NCBI GenBank assembly: GCA_963753435.1 | Contig: CAVWCF010000001.1 | Span: 512,001-576,000, forward strand | Source: an uncultured Actinomycetota bacterium | Lineage (GTDB): Bacteria > Actinomycetota > Actinomycetes > CAVWCF01 | Direction: 5' to 3' | DNA: 64,000 nt | Part shown: positions 53,773 through 64,000 of the stretch, in pieces | Numbering within the stretch: position 1 is the first letter of the stretch | How the letters are laid out: each line of letters starts with the position of its first letter | Position numbers and translations under genes: made by a program | Notes under the pieces: generated by a model | Seen by the model: the letters and a program-made list of their open reading frames with translations, nothing else | Told to the model about the DNA's origin: nothing | Databases searched by the model: none

Positions 53773-54522
53773 TCAGCCTGCGATCAGCGGCGGTTCGCCC
53801 GGTTCGAACGTCAACCGGACCACCTCGCCGCTGGCACCAGGCGCGCCGAGGTCCCGGCCGTTGACAACCAGGGTCACGCCGCCGGCGTTGCCGACCACAA
53901 GCCGAACGCTGCTCGGGTCGGTGAACTCCTCTGTCTGGCCCGGGTCCATGAGCCCTTCGAACGCGGCCGTGCCACCCGTGGTTGCGGAGACCCAACTCGG
54001 TGCGATCGCGGTCACCTGCACCACGACGCCGTCGGTCGGAGTCGGCGCCAGAGCCAGGGTCTCGGTGGGCGCGGGGGTAGGCGAAGGCGTCGGGGTGCCC
54101 GGGGACACAGCTGCGGACGGCGACGCGGAGGTCTCCGGAGCGGTCACCGTGTCCGAATCCGAGCCAACGACCTGCCAGACGGCGACCACCGCCACGAGAG
54201 CGAGCGCGGCGGCCATCGCCGCCGACCAATTGGGCCCGCGCCGCGGCCGTCGTTCCTCCACCGGTCCGGACAGCGCAGGTGTCGGGTCGGCCACCCGCTG
54301 CTCGGCGGGCATCTCCGCCAGCACCTCGGCCGGGTCGATGCCAATCGCGCGGGCCAGAGCGCGCACATGCCCGCGCGCGTAGACGTCACCACCGCTCATG
54401 GAGAAGTCGTCGCGTTCGATGGCCTCGATGACGGCGCCGCGGATCCGGGTGCGCTCGGCAACAGCAGCCACGCTTAGTCCCGCGGCGTGACGGGCTTGGC
54501 TGAGCCTTTGCCCCACGCTCAC
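53773..54522 (-). CDS. RodZ-like HTH / DUF4115 membrane protein
   Basis: N-terminal HTH (YARGHVR), TM helix, VGNAGGV. Confidence 0.88.
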   Translation of the reverse strand: MSVGQRLSQARHAAGLSVAAVAERTRIRGAVIEAIERDDFSMSGGDVYARGHVRALARAIGIDPAEVLAEMPAEQRVADPTPALSGPVEERRPRRGPNWSAAMAAALALVAVVAVWQVVGSDSDTVTAPETSASPSAAVSPGTPTPSPTPAPTETLALAPTPTDGVVVQVTAIAPSWVSATTGGTAAFEGLMDPGQTEEFTDPSSVRLVVGNAGGVTLVVNGRDLGAPGASGEVVRLTFEPGEPPLIAG

Positions 54523-54594
54523 GGTGCGCCCCCATTCGATGGTCGCCACTTCGAGTGTAGGTGCAGTGGCGGAACCACCCAAGGGGCCGTTTGG

Positions 54595-57063
54595 CTACTC
54601 CCCGCGCAGGGTGGCAAGCAATGCCGGCAGGTCATCGGGCTTAGCCAGGACCTCCCGGGCCTTGCTCCCCTCTGACGGTCCGACGATGCCGCGGGTTTCC
54701 ATCAGGTCCATCAAGCGGCCCGCCTTGGCGAAACCGACCCGGAGCTTGCGTTGCAGCATCGACGTCGATCCGAACTGGGTGTCCACGACCAGTTCCACCG
54801 CCTGGCACAGCACGTCGAGGTCGTCGCCAACCTCCTCGTCGATCTCCCGACTGGGTCCGCTGGTCGCGGTGACATCCTCACGGTAGGTGGGGGCCAACTG
54901 GTCCTTGCAGTGCTGGACCACCGCGGCGACCTCGGCCTCGGAAACGTAGGCGCCTTGCAGGCGCATCGGCTTACTCGCGCCCATGGGCAAGAACAAGCCG
55001 TCACCGTGGCCGACGAGCTTCTCCGCTCCGGGTTGGTCCAGGATCACGCGGCTGTCGGCGAGGCTTGAAGTCGCGAACGCCAGGCGGCTGGGCACATTGG
55101 CCTTGATGAGTCCGGTGACGACATCGACACTCGGGCGCTGAGTGGCCAGAACAAGATGAATTCCGGCCGCTCGCGCCAACTGGGTGATGCGGACGATCGC
55201 GTCCTCCACGTCGCGCGGGGCGACCATCATCAGGTCGGCCAACTCGTCCACGATCACGAGCAGATACGGATATGGCTGCATCACCCGCTCGCTGCCTTCC
55301 GGCGGCGTGACCGTGCCGTCCCTTACGGCCTTGTTGAAGTCGTCGACGTGCTTGAAACCGAATCGCGCAAGATCGTCGTATCGCAACTCCATCTCGCGGA
55401 CTACCCACTGCAGCGACTGGGCCGCCTTCTTGGGGTCGGTGATGATGGGGGTGATCAAGTGCGGGATGCCGTCGTAGGCCGTCAGCTCCACGCGCTTGGG
55501 GTCGACCAGCACCATTCGGACCTCATCCGGGGTCGCACGCAACAGCACCGATGTGATGAGGGTGTTGATGCAGGTCGACTTTCCCGCTCCGGTGGCACCG
55601 GCGACGAGCAGATGCGGCATCTTGGTCAAGTTGGCGACGATGTAGCCGCCCTCGACGTCCTTGCCCAGACCAACGAGCATTGGGTGGCCATCCGACACCG
55701 CCGCGGGCGCCTTGAGAGTGTCGCCCAGGCTGACCAGTTCCCGGTCCGCGTTCGGGATCTCCACCCCGATCGCTGACTTGCCGGGAATCGGGCTGAGGAT
55801 GCGGACATCGGCGCTGGCCACGGCGTAGGCGATGTTCTTGCTCAGCGCGGTGACGCGCTCGACCTTGATACCGGGGCCCAGTTCGACCTCGTAGCGCGTG
55901 ACCGTCGGGCCCCTGGTGAATCCGGTGACCGCCGCGTCGATATTGAACTGCTCCAAGACCTGCGTGAGGGCATCCACAACTGCGTTGTTCGCGCTGCTGC
56001 GCGCCTTGTGCGGTGCCCCCGGTTTCAGGATCCCGGCCGGTGGCAGCGAATAGACCACGTCGCCGGACAGCAGCAACTGCTCCATCCGCTCCGGCACCGG
56101 CGACAGCGGCTTGGCTGCCGCGGCGCTGGAGGCGGGGAACGACCCCGGTTGGGGTGCCGGCTCATCTGCCCCGGCCTCATCAGACACGATCGGCACGGCC
56201 ACCTCGAACGGCTCATCCCGCTCGAGTTGCTCGATGCTGGACCGCCGCCGCTTGGTCGCCTTGGCCGGTTCGGTCTCCGGCAGCACGACTTCGTCGGCAG
56301 GTGCGGTCACGGTCCGGTGCAACAGGCGATCCGCCAGCGCGCGAGCCCGCTGCGGGATCTGGTGCACGGGTGTTCCGGTCAGAACCACCCCACCGAAGAT
56401 GGCGAGCAGTAGCAGCACCGGCACCGCCAGGTACCCGGTGACCGCCGCCTCCAGCGGCGAAGCAGCAATCCACCCGAACCAACCGCCGCCGGCGCGCATC
56501 GCTTCGCTGCCGTCGGTTGGCACCGCGTTGCCGCGCAGGATGTGCACCAGGCCACTGACCCCGAGAACCAATGCGCCGTAGCCGACGATCGTCCGTCCCC
56601 GCGGGGGACGCTGCTCGGGGTGGCGCAGGATTCGCACCGCTGCGGCGACAAGCAGCAAGGGCACGACCCAGCCGAGGGACCCGACGGCACCGTTGACCAC
56701 CGCGCGGGTGGCGTCGCCGAACGCACCGGGCACCTGCCACCAGGTGGCCGCGGCAATGAGTACCGCCACGGCGATGAGCCCCAGCCCAAGCCCGTCGCGG
56801 CGCATCTGCGGCTCGAGATCACGGGCGCTGGCCCCGATGCCACGCACCAGAGCGCCGAGGGCATGACCCACCGCCACCCAAAGCAGGCTGACCGCTCGCC
56901 ACAGCGCGCGCACGAGGCGCGCTGGCAACGGCGGTCGATTTCGGCGGGAAGCGGAGGAAGGACGACGTGCCGACCCGGACTGCTTGCCGGACCGACTCTT
57001 CGCGGGGGAAGTCGCCGGTCGCGCCGAACGAGCGCGCGTACCGGCCGACGAGCGACTGGCCAT
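54595..57063 (-). CDS. ftsK: DNA translocase FtsK
   Basis: GATGAGKS, DPKRVEL, DELADLMM, ATQRPS, gamma domain LQRKLRVGF. Confidence 0.97.
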   Translation of the reverse strand: MASRSSAGTRARSARPATSPAKSRSGKQSGSARRPSSASRRNRPPLPARLVRALWRAVSLLWVAVGHALGALVRGIGASARDLEPQMRRDGLGLGLIAVAVLIAAATWWQVPGAFGDATRAVVNGAVGSLGWVVPLLLVAAAVRILRHPEQRPPRGRTIVGYGALVLGVSGLVHILRGNAVPTDGSEAMRAGGGWFGWIAASPLEAAVTGYLAVPVLLLLAIFGGVVLTGTPVHQIPQRARALADRLLHRTVTAPADEVVLPETEPAKATKRRRSSIEQLERDEPFEVAVPIVSDEAGADEPAPQPGSFPASSAAAAKPLSPVPERMEQLLLSGDVVYSLPPAGILKPGAPHKARSSANNAVVDALTQVLEQFNIDAAVTGFTRGPTVTRYEVELGPGIKVERVTALSKNIAYAVASADVRILSPIPGKSAIGVEIPNADRELVSLGDTLKAPAAVSDGHPMLVGLGKDVEGGYIVANLTKMPHLLVAGATGAGKSTCINTLITSVLLRATPDEVRMVLVDPKRVELTAYDGIPHLITPIITDPKKAAQSLQWVVREMELRYDDLARFGFKHVDDFNKAVRDGTVTPPEGSERVMQPYPYLLVIVDELADLMMVAPRDVEDAIVRITQLARAAGIHLVLATQRPSVDVVTGLIKANVPSRLAFATSSLADSRVILDQPGAEKLVGHGDGLFLPMGASKPMRLQGAYVSEAEVAAVVQHCKDQLAPTYREDVTATSGPSREIDEEVGDDLDVLCQAVELVVDTQFGSTSMLQRKLRVGFAKAGRLMDLMETRGIVGPSEGSKAREVLAKPDDLPALLATLRGE

Positions 57064-57070
57064 GGCCGCG

Positions 57071-57108
57071 AGGTTACCCAGCAGTCACACTGTTCACAGC
57101 AGTCACAC
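57071..57108 (-). promoter_or_regulatory. ftsK promoter: -10 TAACCT with a GTnAC-N6-GTnAC box and a 12-bp direct repeat
   Basis: gttac-ccagca-gtcac 57073-57088; cagcagtcacac at 57079 and 57097. Confidence 0.5.
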
Positions 57109-57123
57109 GCCGAAGGCGCCGGG

Positions 57124-58812
57124 TCAGACCTCCACGACCACCGGGAGGATGAGCGGGCGGCGCCGATGCCGACCGCCGACCCAACGGCCGACCGTCCGGC
57201 GAACGACCTGCTGCAGGTCGTAGACGTCGGCCACGCCGTCACGCAGGGCGTCTTCGATCGCCGTGGACACCTTCGGCAGCACTTCGTCGAAGATCTCGGT
57301 GTCCTCCAGGAACCCGCGAGCGTGTACGTCCGGGCCGGCCAAGACCTTGCCCGCGGTCAGGTCAACCACGACCACAACCGAGATGAACCCCTCAGACCCC
57401 AGGACTCGGCGGTCCTTGAGGGACAACTCGGTCACGTCACCCACGGTGCTGCCGTCGACGTACACGTAGCCGCAGGGCACCCGTCCCGCGATGTGCGCCA
57501 CCCCGTCGACCAGATCGACAACGATCCCGTCCTCGGCAACAAGTACCCGCTCAGCCGGGACTCCTGTGGCGATCGCCAGGGACGCGTTGGCGCGCAGGTG
57601 CCGCGGCTCGCCGTGCACCGGCAGCACGTTTCTGGGCTGAACGAGGTTGTAGCAGTACGTCAGTTCCCCCGCGGCGCTGTGGCCGGACACGTGCACCAAG
57701 GCGTTTCCTTGATGAACCACGGAAGCACCGATGCGCACCAGGCCGTTGATGACGCGGAAGACCGCGTTCTCGTTGCCAGGGATCATCGAACTGGCCAGGA
57801 TCACCGTGTCATCGGCGGTGACCTGAACCGGATGATCGCCGGCAGCCATCCGCGACAAGGCCGCCATCGGCTCGCCTTGGGATCCGGTGGAGACGAAGAC
57901 GACCCGGTCCGGCGGCAAGGAGTCGGCGTCCTTGGCGTTGACCACCAGCCCAGGGGGCACGCGCAAGAAGGACAGATCCCGGGCGACACCCATATTCCGC
58001 ACCATGCTGCGGCCGATGAATGCGACCTTGCGCCCGTGCCGCTCGCTGACGTCGAGGACCTGCTGCACGCGATGAATGTGGGACGCGAAGCACGCCACGA
58101 TCACTTTGCCCTGAGACCGGCCGATTACGTCGTCCAGAACCGGCTCGATGTCCCGTTCGGTTCGCACGAACCCGGGGACTTCCGCGTTCGTGGAGTCCAC
58201 GAGGAATAGATCAACGCCGGCCTCGCCCAACCGCGCGAACGCGCGCAGGTCGGTCAACCGACCGTCCAGCGGCAACTGGTCCATCTTGAAGTCGCCGGTA
58301 TGCAGCAGAACCTGACCGCTGTCGCTGGTCAGCGCCACTCCCAGCGCGTCAGGGATTGAGTGGTTCACGGCCACGAACTCCGCGGTGAAGACACCCAGGC
58401 GCTCGGTCTGTCCCTCGCGCACGGTCATCGTGTGGGGCTTGATCCGGTGCTCAGCGAGCTTGGCCTCGACCAGCGCCAGAGTCAGCCCGGACCCGATCAC
58501 CGGAATGTCGGGCCGCTCGCGCAACAGGTAGGGAACCGCACCGATGTGGTCCTCGTGTCCGTGGGTCAGGATCAGGGCGTCGACGTCATCCCAGCGATCA
58601 CGCAGGAACTCAAAGTCGGGCAGGATCAAATCCACCCCGGGCTGGTGCTCCTCCGGGAAGAGCACACCGCAGTCGACGATCACGATGCGGCCGGCGTGCT
58701 CGATGACCGTCATGTTGCGGCCGATTTCGCCCAGACCACCGAGCGGGATCACCCGAACTGCGCCTTCGGCCAGGGGTGGTGGGGCCGGCAGATCAACCCG
58801 CGCGGGGTTCAC
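57124..58812 (-). CDS. rnj: ribonuclease J
   Basis: LGGLGEIGRN, THGHEDHIG, HTGDFK, HVSGH. Confidence 0.96.
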   Translation of the reverse strand: MNPARVDLPAPPPLAEGAVRVIPLGGLGEIGRNMTVIEHAGRIVIVDCGVLFPEEHQPGVDLILPDFEFLRDRWDDVDALILTHGHEDHIGAVPYLLRERPDIPVIGSGLTLALVEAKLAEHRIKPHTMTVREGQTERLGVFTAEFVAVNHSIPDALGVALTSDSGQVLLHTGDFKMDQLPLDGRLTDLRAFARLGEAGVDLFLVDSTNAEVPGFVRTERDIEPVLDDVIGRSQGKVIVACFASHIHRVQQVLDVSERHGRKVAFIGRSMVRNMGVARDLSFLRVPPGLVVNAKDADSLPPDRVVFVSTGSQGEPMAALSRMAAGDHPVQVTADDTVILASSMIPGNENAVFRVINGLVRIGASVVHQGNALVHVSGHSAAGELTYCYNLVQPRNVLPVHGEPRHLRANASLAIATGVPAERVLVAEDGIVVDLVDGVAHIAGRVPCGYVYVDGSTVGDVTELSLKDRRVLGSEGFISVVVVVDLTAGKVLAGPDVHARGFLEDTEIFDEVLPKVSTAIEDALRDGVADVYDLQQVVRRTVGRWVGGRHRRRPLILPVVVEV

Positions 58813-59732
58813 GCCGCTCCACCGCCGACCATGGCCAACGCGGCCTGGTCCACGTCGCTGACGATCTGCTCAGTGAGCTCGGCTGAGGCGGTAAGGAGCG
58901 GCAGTCGCACGGTCGCCGAAGGCAGGATGCCGTAGTGGGTCAATGCGGCCTTGGCGGCGATCGCCCCCTGGGTGCGCGACATGACCCCGTTGACCGCGGG
59001 CAGCAACCGCAGGTGCAGTTCCCGCCCCACCCGCAGGTCGCCCGCGTCGGCGGCGGCGACCATCTGCGCATACTCACCGGCGGCCACGTGCCCCACCACG
59101 CTCACCAGGCCGATTGCACCGACGGCCAGCCAGGGCCAGTTGAGGGCATCGTCCCCGGAGAAGTAGGCCAGGTCGGTCCTCGCCAGCACCTCCGAAGCCG
59201 CGAACAGATCGCCCTTGGCGTCCTTGACGGCCTGGATGCGCGGATGCTCCGCGCAGCGCAGCAGCACTTCGGTCGGTATCGCCAGACCAGTACGGCCGGG
59301 GATGTCGTAGAGCATCACCGGCAGCCCCGTGGCATCGGCGACCGCGTTGAAGTGAGCAAGTAGGCCGTCGGCGGGGGGCTTGTTGTAGTAGGGGGTCACC
59401 ACCAGCGTCCCGTGGGCGCCGGCCTTCTCGGCTATGCGGGCTAAATGCACGCTGTGCGCGGTGTCATTGCTGCCCGCGCCGAAAACAACCCGGGCTCGAT
59501 CTCCGACTGCCTCCACCACGGCGCGGAGAACGGCCTCCTTCTCCACGTCGGAGGTGGTGGGGCTCTCCCCCGTGGTGCCGTTGATCACCAGTCCGTCGCA
59601 CCCGGCAGCGACCAAGCGTTCAGCCAGCGAAGCGGCGGAGTCCAGGTCCAGGTCGCCGTCGGGGTCAAACGGCGTCACCATCGCCACCAGCACGCGGCCG
59701 AATGCTTCGGCAGCGGGATGACCGACGGGCAT
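58809..59732 (-). CDS. dapA: 4-hydroxy-tetrahydrodipicolinate synthase
   Basis: GTTGES, PYYNKP, YDIPGRT, VKDA. Confidence 0.95.
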   Translation of the reverse strand: MPVGHPAAEAFGRVLVAMVTPFDPDGDLDLDSAASLAERLVAAGCDGLVINGTTGESPTTSDVEKEAVLRAVVEAVGDRARVVFGAGSNDTAHSVHLARIAEKAGAHGTLVVTPYYNKPPADGLLAHFNAVADATGLPVMLYDIPGRTGLAIPTEVLLRCAEHPRIQAVKDAKGDLFAASEVLARTDLAYFSGDDALNWPWLAVGAIGLVSVVGHVAAGEYAQMVAAADAGDLRVGRELHLRLLPAVNGVMSRTQGAIAAKAALTHYGILPSATVRLPLLTASAELTEQIVSDVDQAALAMVGGGAA

Positions 59733-59754
59733 GGACGACAGGCTAGCCGCGGGC

Positions 59755-60483
59755 TCAGGGCGCAACGCGGCCATTGTCCACGAACGCCTGATGCGTCAGC
59801 GGCATCAGATCGGCCCAGATGTCCTCGTACTGCTCCGCCACCATCTCGATCTCAGCCTGCGGGTAGGAAGGGAAAGCCGAACCCTCCACTTTGCGCCGCA
59901 GCGAGAGGAAGTTCATCAGTGCGCGGGCGTTCATCGTCACGTAGGCCGAGGAGTAGATCGAAACCGGAAGCACCACCCGGGCTACCTCGCGCGCGACCCC
60001 CTCATCCAGCATCCGCTGGTAATCCGCATAGGCCGACTCGACCGACTGGCGGACCGTTTCGTCGACCACCTCGGTCTGCTGCGGCGTGCCGGGCACGAAC
60101 TCGTAGGAGCCCGGCTTACCAACCTGAACCAGCGGTCGTTGGGGACCAGGCACGTAGAAGACCGGATCCAGGACCCGGTAGCGGCCCGACTCCTCGTTGT
60201 AGGAGGCCATGCGGTGCCGCATGTGCTCGCGCCATACGAAGATGGGCGCGGCCACGTAGAAGGTCATCACGGAGTGCTCGAACGGACTGCCGTGGCGTTC
60301 CCGCATCAGGTATCTGATGAGGCCGGCCGACCCCTGGGCATCGGAGTCCGCCGACTCCAGCGACCGCTCACCTTGCGTGCTCACGCGCGCGGCGAACACC
60401 ACGTCGGAGTCGGCAGCGCTGGACTTCACCAACTCCACCGTCACGTCGCTGCGGAAGCGCACCTGGGGCGCTTGCTCGGTCAT
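59755..60483 (-). CDS. thyX: FAD-dependent thymidylate synthase
   Basis: HGSPFEH, RHRMASYNEESGRY. Confidence 0.96.
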   Translation of the reverse strand: MTEQAPQVRFRSDVTVELVKSSAADSDVVFAARVSTQGERSLESADSDAQGSAGLIRYLMRERHGSPFEHSVMTFYVAAPIFVWREHMRHRMASYNEESGRYRVLDPVFYVPGPQRPLVQVGKPGSYEFVPGTPQQTEVVDETVRQSVESAYADYQRMLDEGVAREVARVVLPVSIYSSAYVTMNARALMNFLSLRRKVEGSAFPSYPQAEIEMVAEQYEDIWADLMPLTHQAFVDNGRVAP

Positions 60484-60612
60484 CGGCCTCCGATCCACGG
60501 GTCCGGGCGAGACTAGTCCGCGGCGGGGCCGGCGCGGCTCTGCCCCCGGCCCGACTGGTCTGCTTGCCCGGGCCTGCCACCGGCCCGGGCGTAGGCCCGA
60601 CATGCTTGCCCC

Positions 60613-61302
60613 GTGACCGCCGCACCAGACAGCCTTACCGCGAGCGAGCGGCGTGCCGTCATCAGTCGCTCAGTGAGTTTCGGCGTGCTCGGCCTGTACG
60701 GGGTGTCTTTCGGTGCCGTCTCGGTGGCGTCCGGCCTGGACTTCTGGCAGACCGCCGCCCTTTCCGCTCTCGCCTTCACCGGCGGGTCGCAGTTCGCCCT
60801 CGTCGGCATCCTGGGCGGTGGCGGGTCCGGCCTGGCAGGGACCGCAGCCGCACTGCTTCTGGGCTTGCGCAACGGCCTGTACGGCGTGCGGCTGGCGCCG
60901 CTGTTGCAGGTGCGCGGACTGCGCCGCCTGATTGCCGCGCAGTGGGTAATCGACGAGACCACGGGTCTGGCCGTCGCCGAGAGCAAGCCTGCAGCCGGTC
61001 GAGCGGCGTTCTGGGTCACCGGGGCCACCCTCTTCGTGGCCTGGAACACGAGCACCTGGCTGGGCGCAGCGGGGGCATCAGTGCTGGATCCGGTCCAGTG
61101 GGGCCTGGACGCCGTCGCACCCGCGGCCTTCCTGGCCCTGCTGTCGCAGCAGGTCTCGACCGACGCGGCGCGGGTGGCTGCGCTCATGGCGGCCACGGTC
61201 GTGCTGGTGTTGACTCCGCTGCTACCGGTCGGGGTGCCCGTGCTGCTCGGCGGGTTGGCCGGCATGGCCATCGGCGCTCGGCTCCTGGCGCGTGCGCCGT
61301 GA
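60613..61302 (+). CDS. azlC: AzlC family branched-chain amino acid exporter permease
   Basis: FTGGSQFA, RN.LYG, IDET. Confidence 0.88.
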   Translation: MTAAPDSLTASERRAVISRSVSFGVLGLYGVSFGAVSVASGLDFWQTAALSALAFTGGSQFALVGILGGGGSGLAGTAAALLLGLRNGLYGVRLAPLLQVRGLRRLIAAQWVIDETTGLAVAESKPAAGRAAFWVTGATLFVAWNTSTWLGAAGASVLDPVQWGLDAVAPAAFLALLSQQVSTDAARVAALMAATVVLVLTPLLPVGVPVLLGGLAGMAIGARLLARAP

Positions 61303-61601
61303 TCTGGGTATGGGTCCTGCTGACGTCGGTCGGCTGCTATCTGACCAAGCTGACGGGCCTGTCGATCAAGTCGGAGCGGCTCGAAAGCGAGCGCTTGCAG
61401 CGCTGGATCCTGATGGTCCCGCCGGCCTTCTTCGGCGGCCTGGTGCTGGCCCAGACCGTGACCACTGGGAACCAATTGGTCGTGGATGCGCGGCTGGCGG
61501 GACTGGCCGCGGCAGCGCTGGCCCTGCTGCTGCGTGCCCCGTTCCTGCTGGTCCTCGTCGTCGCCGCCGCGGTGACCGCAGCGGTGCGGGCCCTGGTCTG
61601 A
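61299..61601 (+). CDS. azlD: AzlD domain protein
   Basis: Small membrane ORF overlapping the azlC stop; DARLAG, RAPFL. Confidence 0.85.
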   Translation: MIWVWVLLTSVGCYLTKLTGLSIKSERLESERLQRWILMVPPAFFGGLVLAQTVTTGNQLVVDARLAGLAAAALALLLRAPFLLVLVVAAAVTAAVRALV

Positions 61602-61618
61602 GGTGTGAGGATCAGCAG

Positions 61619-62158
61619 GTGAGCGGCTGGAAACTCTGGGGCGATCCCGAACCCATCCCGCCCGGCGGCTACAAGCAGTCCCGGTGGGTTCGCCCGTACC
61701 GACCGGGCCTGGCGCGGGTGCTCCTGAGCCTGCCCCCGGCCCTGCTGGCGGTAGCCGTCGCCGGGCTCGGTGTGCTCGGGGCCTTTGCCCAGACCGGCTG
61801 GACCGGAAGAGCGATCGGCGTGGCCGGCACAGTCGCAGCGGCCGGCGTCCTTGTTTGGATCGCCCTACGGGTGTTCAGCGCCGGGGTCTGGGTGACCGAC
61901 CACCGGGTCCGGATCCTCGGCCTGCTGGGCAGCCGGGAGATGCCGTGGACGGCTGTTGTGGACGTCGCCGCCGTGGACGGTTCGCGCCTACTGGGACTTC
62001 CCCTGTCGATCCCCGGGGGAACTGTGGTCCTGCGCACGTCCGACGGGGTCACCCTGCGCACCCCGGTCTGCAGTGGCTCCCCGGACTTCCTGGGCCGCCC
62101 GGAGTCCTTCCGGATCGCTGCCGGTGCACTGCGGCGCTGGTGGCTTGAGTGCCGCTGA
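61619..62158 (+). CDS. membrane protein with bacterial PH domain
   Basis: RPYRPG, two TM helices, GVWV...V.....PW. Confidence 0.7.
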   Translation: MSGWKLWGDPEPIPPGGYKQSRWVRPYRPGLARVLLSLPPALLAVAVAGLGVLGAFAQTGWTGRAIGVAGTVAAAGVLVWIALRVFSAGVWVTDHRVRILGLLGSREMPWTAVVDVAAVDGSRLLGLPLSIPGGTVVLRTSDGVTLRTPVCSGSPDFLGRPESFRIAAGALRRWWLECR

Positions 62159-62171
62159 TCTGCCCACGCCC

Positions 62172-62918
62172 CTAGAGCCCGAGCAGATCCTCCAGCCCGA
62201 CAGTGAGTCCGGGTCGCTTTGGGACCTCGCGGATCGCGTGGAGCACCCCGGGCATGAACGACTCCCGCGACATCGAGTCGTGCCGGAGCGTCAGCACTTC
62301 ACCGGCGGAGCCGAAGAGCACCTCCTGGTGGGCGATAAGACCGGACATCCGCACCGAATGCACGGGCACGTCATCGACTCGAGCGCCGCGGGCCCCATCC
62401 AATTCGGTGGCAGTGGCGTCCGGCATCGGGGCCAGCCGGGCCTCCCGGCGCGACCGAGCGATCTCGGTCGCGGTGGCTCTGGCGGTGCCCGACGGCGCAT
62501 CCAACTTGGCCGCGTGGTGCAACTCGATGATCTCCGCGGACTCGAAGAACCGCCCCGCCTCGCGCGCGAAGCGCATGAGCAGGACGGCACCCAAGCCGAA
62601 GTTCGGCGCAATCACGACGCCGGTCCCCGGCGAGTCCGCGAGCCAGCGCCGCACTATGTCGAAACGCTCCTCGTCGAAGCCGGAGGTGCCCACGACGGCA
62701 TGGATTCCGTGCCGCACACAGAACTCCAGGTTGGGCATCACCGAGCCGGGATCGGTGAAGTCGACCGCCACCTGCACCCCAGCGGTGCGCAATACGTCCA
62801 GGTCATCGCCGACGTCGACGCTGGCCACCAGATCAAGATCGACCGCCGCGTTCACAGCGTCGGTGACCTGAGTGCCCATGCGCCCCGCGGAGCCGATAAC
62901 GCCTATAGCCAGCCCCAT
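62172..62918 (-). CDS. dapB: 4-hydroxy-tetrahydrodipicolinate reductase
   Basis: GSAGRMG, VDFT, ELHHAAKLDAPSGTA. Confidence 0.96.
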   Translation of the reverse strand: MGLAIGVIGSAGRMGTQVTDAVNAAVDLDLVASVDVGDDLDVLRTAGVQVAVDFTDPGSVMPNLEFCVRHGIHAVVGTSGFDEERFDIVRRWLADSPGTGVVIAPNFGLGAVLLMRFAREAGRFFESAEIIELHHAAKLDAPSGTARATATEIARSRREARLAPMPDATATELDGARGARVDDVPVHSVRMSGLIAHQEVLFGSAGEVLTLRHDSMSRESFMPGVLHAIREVPKRPGLTVGLEDLLGL

Positions 62919-62928
62919 AACGACCTCC

Positions 62929-64000
62929 TCAGGCCACAGCCGCGAACTCGTGGTCATCGTCGAAAGGGCCCACGACGGCGAGTGTGGCATCGGCCCGCAG
63001 CAGATCAGCCGCAACAGCTGCGACGTCGTACTCCGAAACCGCCGCCACTCGCGCCAGGACCTCGTCCAGGCTCAACCACTCGCCGTGGAACAGTTCGGAC
63101 TTGCCCAAGCGGCTCATCCGGCTAGCGGTGTCCTCTTGCCGTAGCACCAGCGAGCCAGCCAGTTGACCTTGACCCTGTGCCACCTCGGTAGCCGTCAGGC
63201 CGGACTCGGCAACACGCGCCAACTCGCTACGACACACGTCCAATACCTCGCCCACCTTCTGCGGCAGGCACCCCGCATAGACCCCGAACATCCCGGAGTC
63301 GGAGTACTGCGAGGCGAAGGAGTAGACGGAGTAGGCCAACCCACGCTTCTCGCGAATCTCCTGGAACAGCCGGCTCGACATCCCACCGCCGAAGACGGCG
63401 TTCAACACGCCGACGGCGAACCGCCGGTCGTCCGTCAGCCGCACCCCCGGCACGCCAAGGACCAAGTGCGCCTGCTCCACCGGACGGCGAGTGAGCAGCA
63501 GCGGTGCCGAAGTCAACGCACTGAACTCGTTGATGCGCGGCGCCGCCGGACGCCCGGTGGTTAGCCCCAGGCCGGCGACGCCAAGTGCTTCGGCGACCGC
63601 TTCAACAACCGCGTCGTGGTCGAGGCTCCCGGCGACGGCCACCACCAGGTTGGACAGCGCGTAGCGGTCCCGGTAGTACTCCGCGACCGTGTCCCGTTGC
63701 ATCGAGCCGATCGAATCCACCGTGCCCAGGATCGGCCGCCCCAATGGGCCGGCACCGTAGAGGGCAGTCGCGAAGACGTCATGAACAGCATCGGATGGTT
63801 CGTCCAAGTGCATCGCGATCTCTTCGAGGATCACGTCACGTTCGGCGGCGAAGTCCGCATCCCTGATCTGTGAGGCCAGGACCAGGTCCATGAGCACGTC
63901 CACTGCCAGCGGCAAGTCGGTGTCCAGGACCCGAGCATAGAAACACGTGGACTCCTTGCCGGTGAAGGCGTTCAGCTCCCCACCACCGGACTCGACCGCC
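62929..64000 (-). CDS. M16 family zinc peptidase (5' end outside the window)
   Basis: GGELNAFTGKESTCFY, ERDVILEEI, GGGMSSRLFQEIRE.RGLAY. Confidence 0.92.
   Translation of the reverse strand, partial: AVESGGGELNAFTGKESTCFYARVLDTDLPLAVDVLMDLVLASQIRDADFAAERDVILEEIAMHLDEPSDAVHDVFATALYGAGPLGRPILGTVDSIGSMQRDTVAEYYRDRYALSNLVVAVAGSLDHDAVVEAVAEALGVAGLGLTTGRPAAPRINEFSALTSAPLLLTRRPVEQAHLVLGVPGVRLTDDRRFAVGVLNAVFGGGMSSRLFQEIREKRGLAYSVYSFASQYSDSGMFGVYAGCLPQKVGEVLDVCRSELARVAESGLTATEVAQGQGQLAGSLVLRQEDTASRMSRLGKSELFHGEWLSLDEVLARVAAVSEYDVAAVAADLLRADATLAVVGPFDDDHEFAAVA

Overview
High-GC actinobacterial (Actinomycetota, non-mycobacterial-looking) chromosome segment. From about 7 kb to 64 kb it is mostly conserved backbone. 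Reading the minus strand from the right: M16 peptidase-dapB ... thyX-dapA-rnj-ftsK-rodZ-rimO-pgsA-cinA-clgR, lhr (+), DUF3046-recA-recX, miaB-miaA-dapF-hflX, a GGDEF/EAL gene, dinG, lexA (+)/LysM, nrdR-nrdJ and sigA/hrdB. Accessory genes are interspersed: heliorhodopsin coupled to threonine aldolase, a Cu-ATPase, pirin, PPK2, patatin/acyltransferase and an MMPL transporter. Clear regulatory sites are visible: LexA boxes, a PafBC-type recA promoter, NrdR boxes and many leaderless -10 elements. The most unusual part is 1-6985, downstream of sigA. It holds mostly co-oriented small membrane/secreted genes with strong Shine-Dalgarno sites, a displaced, synonymously recoded copy of the sigA 3' end (LRDYLD*) at 5016-5042, and a recurring TGAGCGCTGT(GC) motif at gene-block boundaries. 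This suggests a sigA-targeted integration hotspot or cassette-like array; no recombinase is visible in the window. Several single-base frameshifts may be assembly errors. All product calls come from motif recognition only; no database searches were run.
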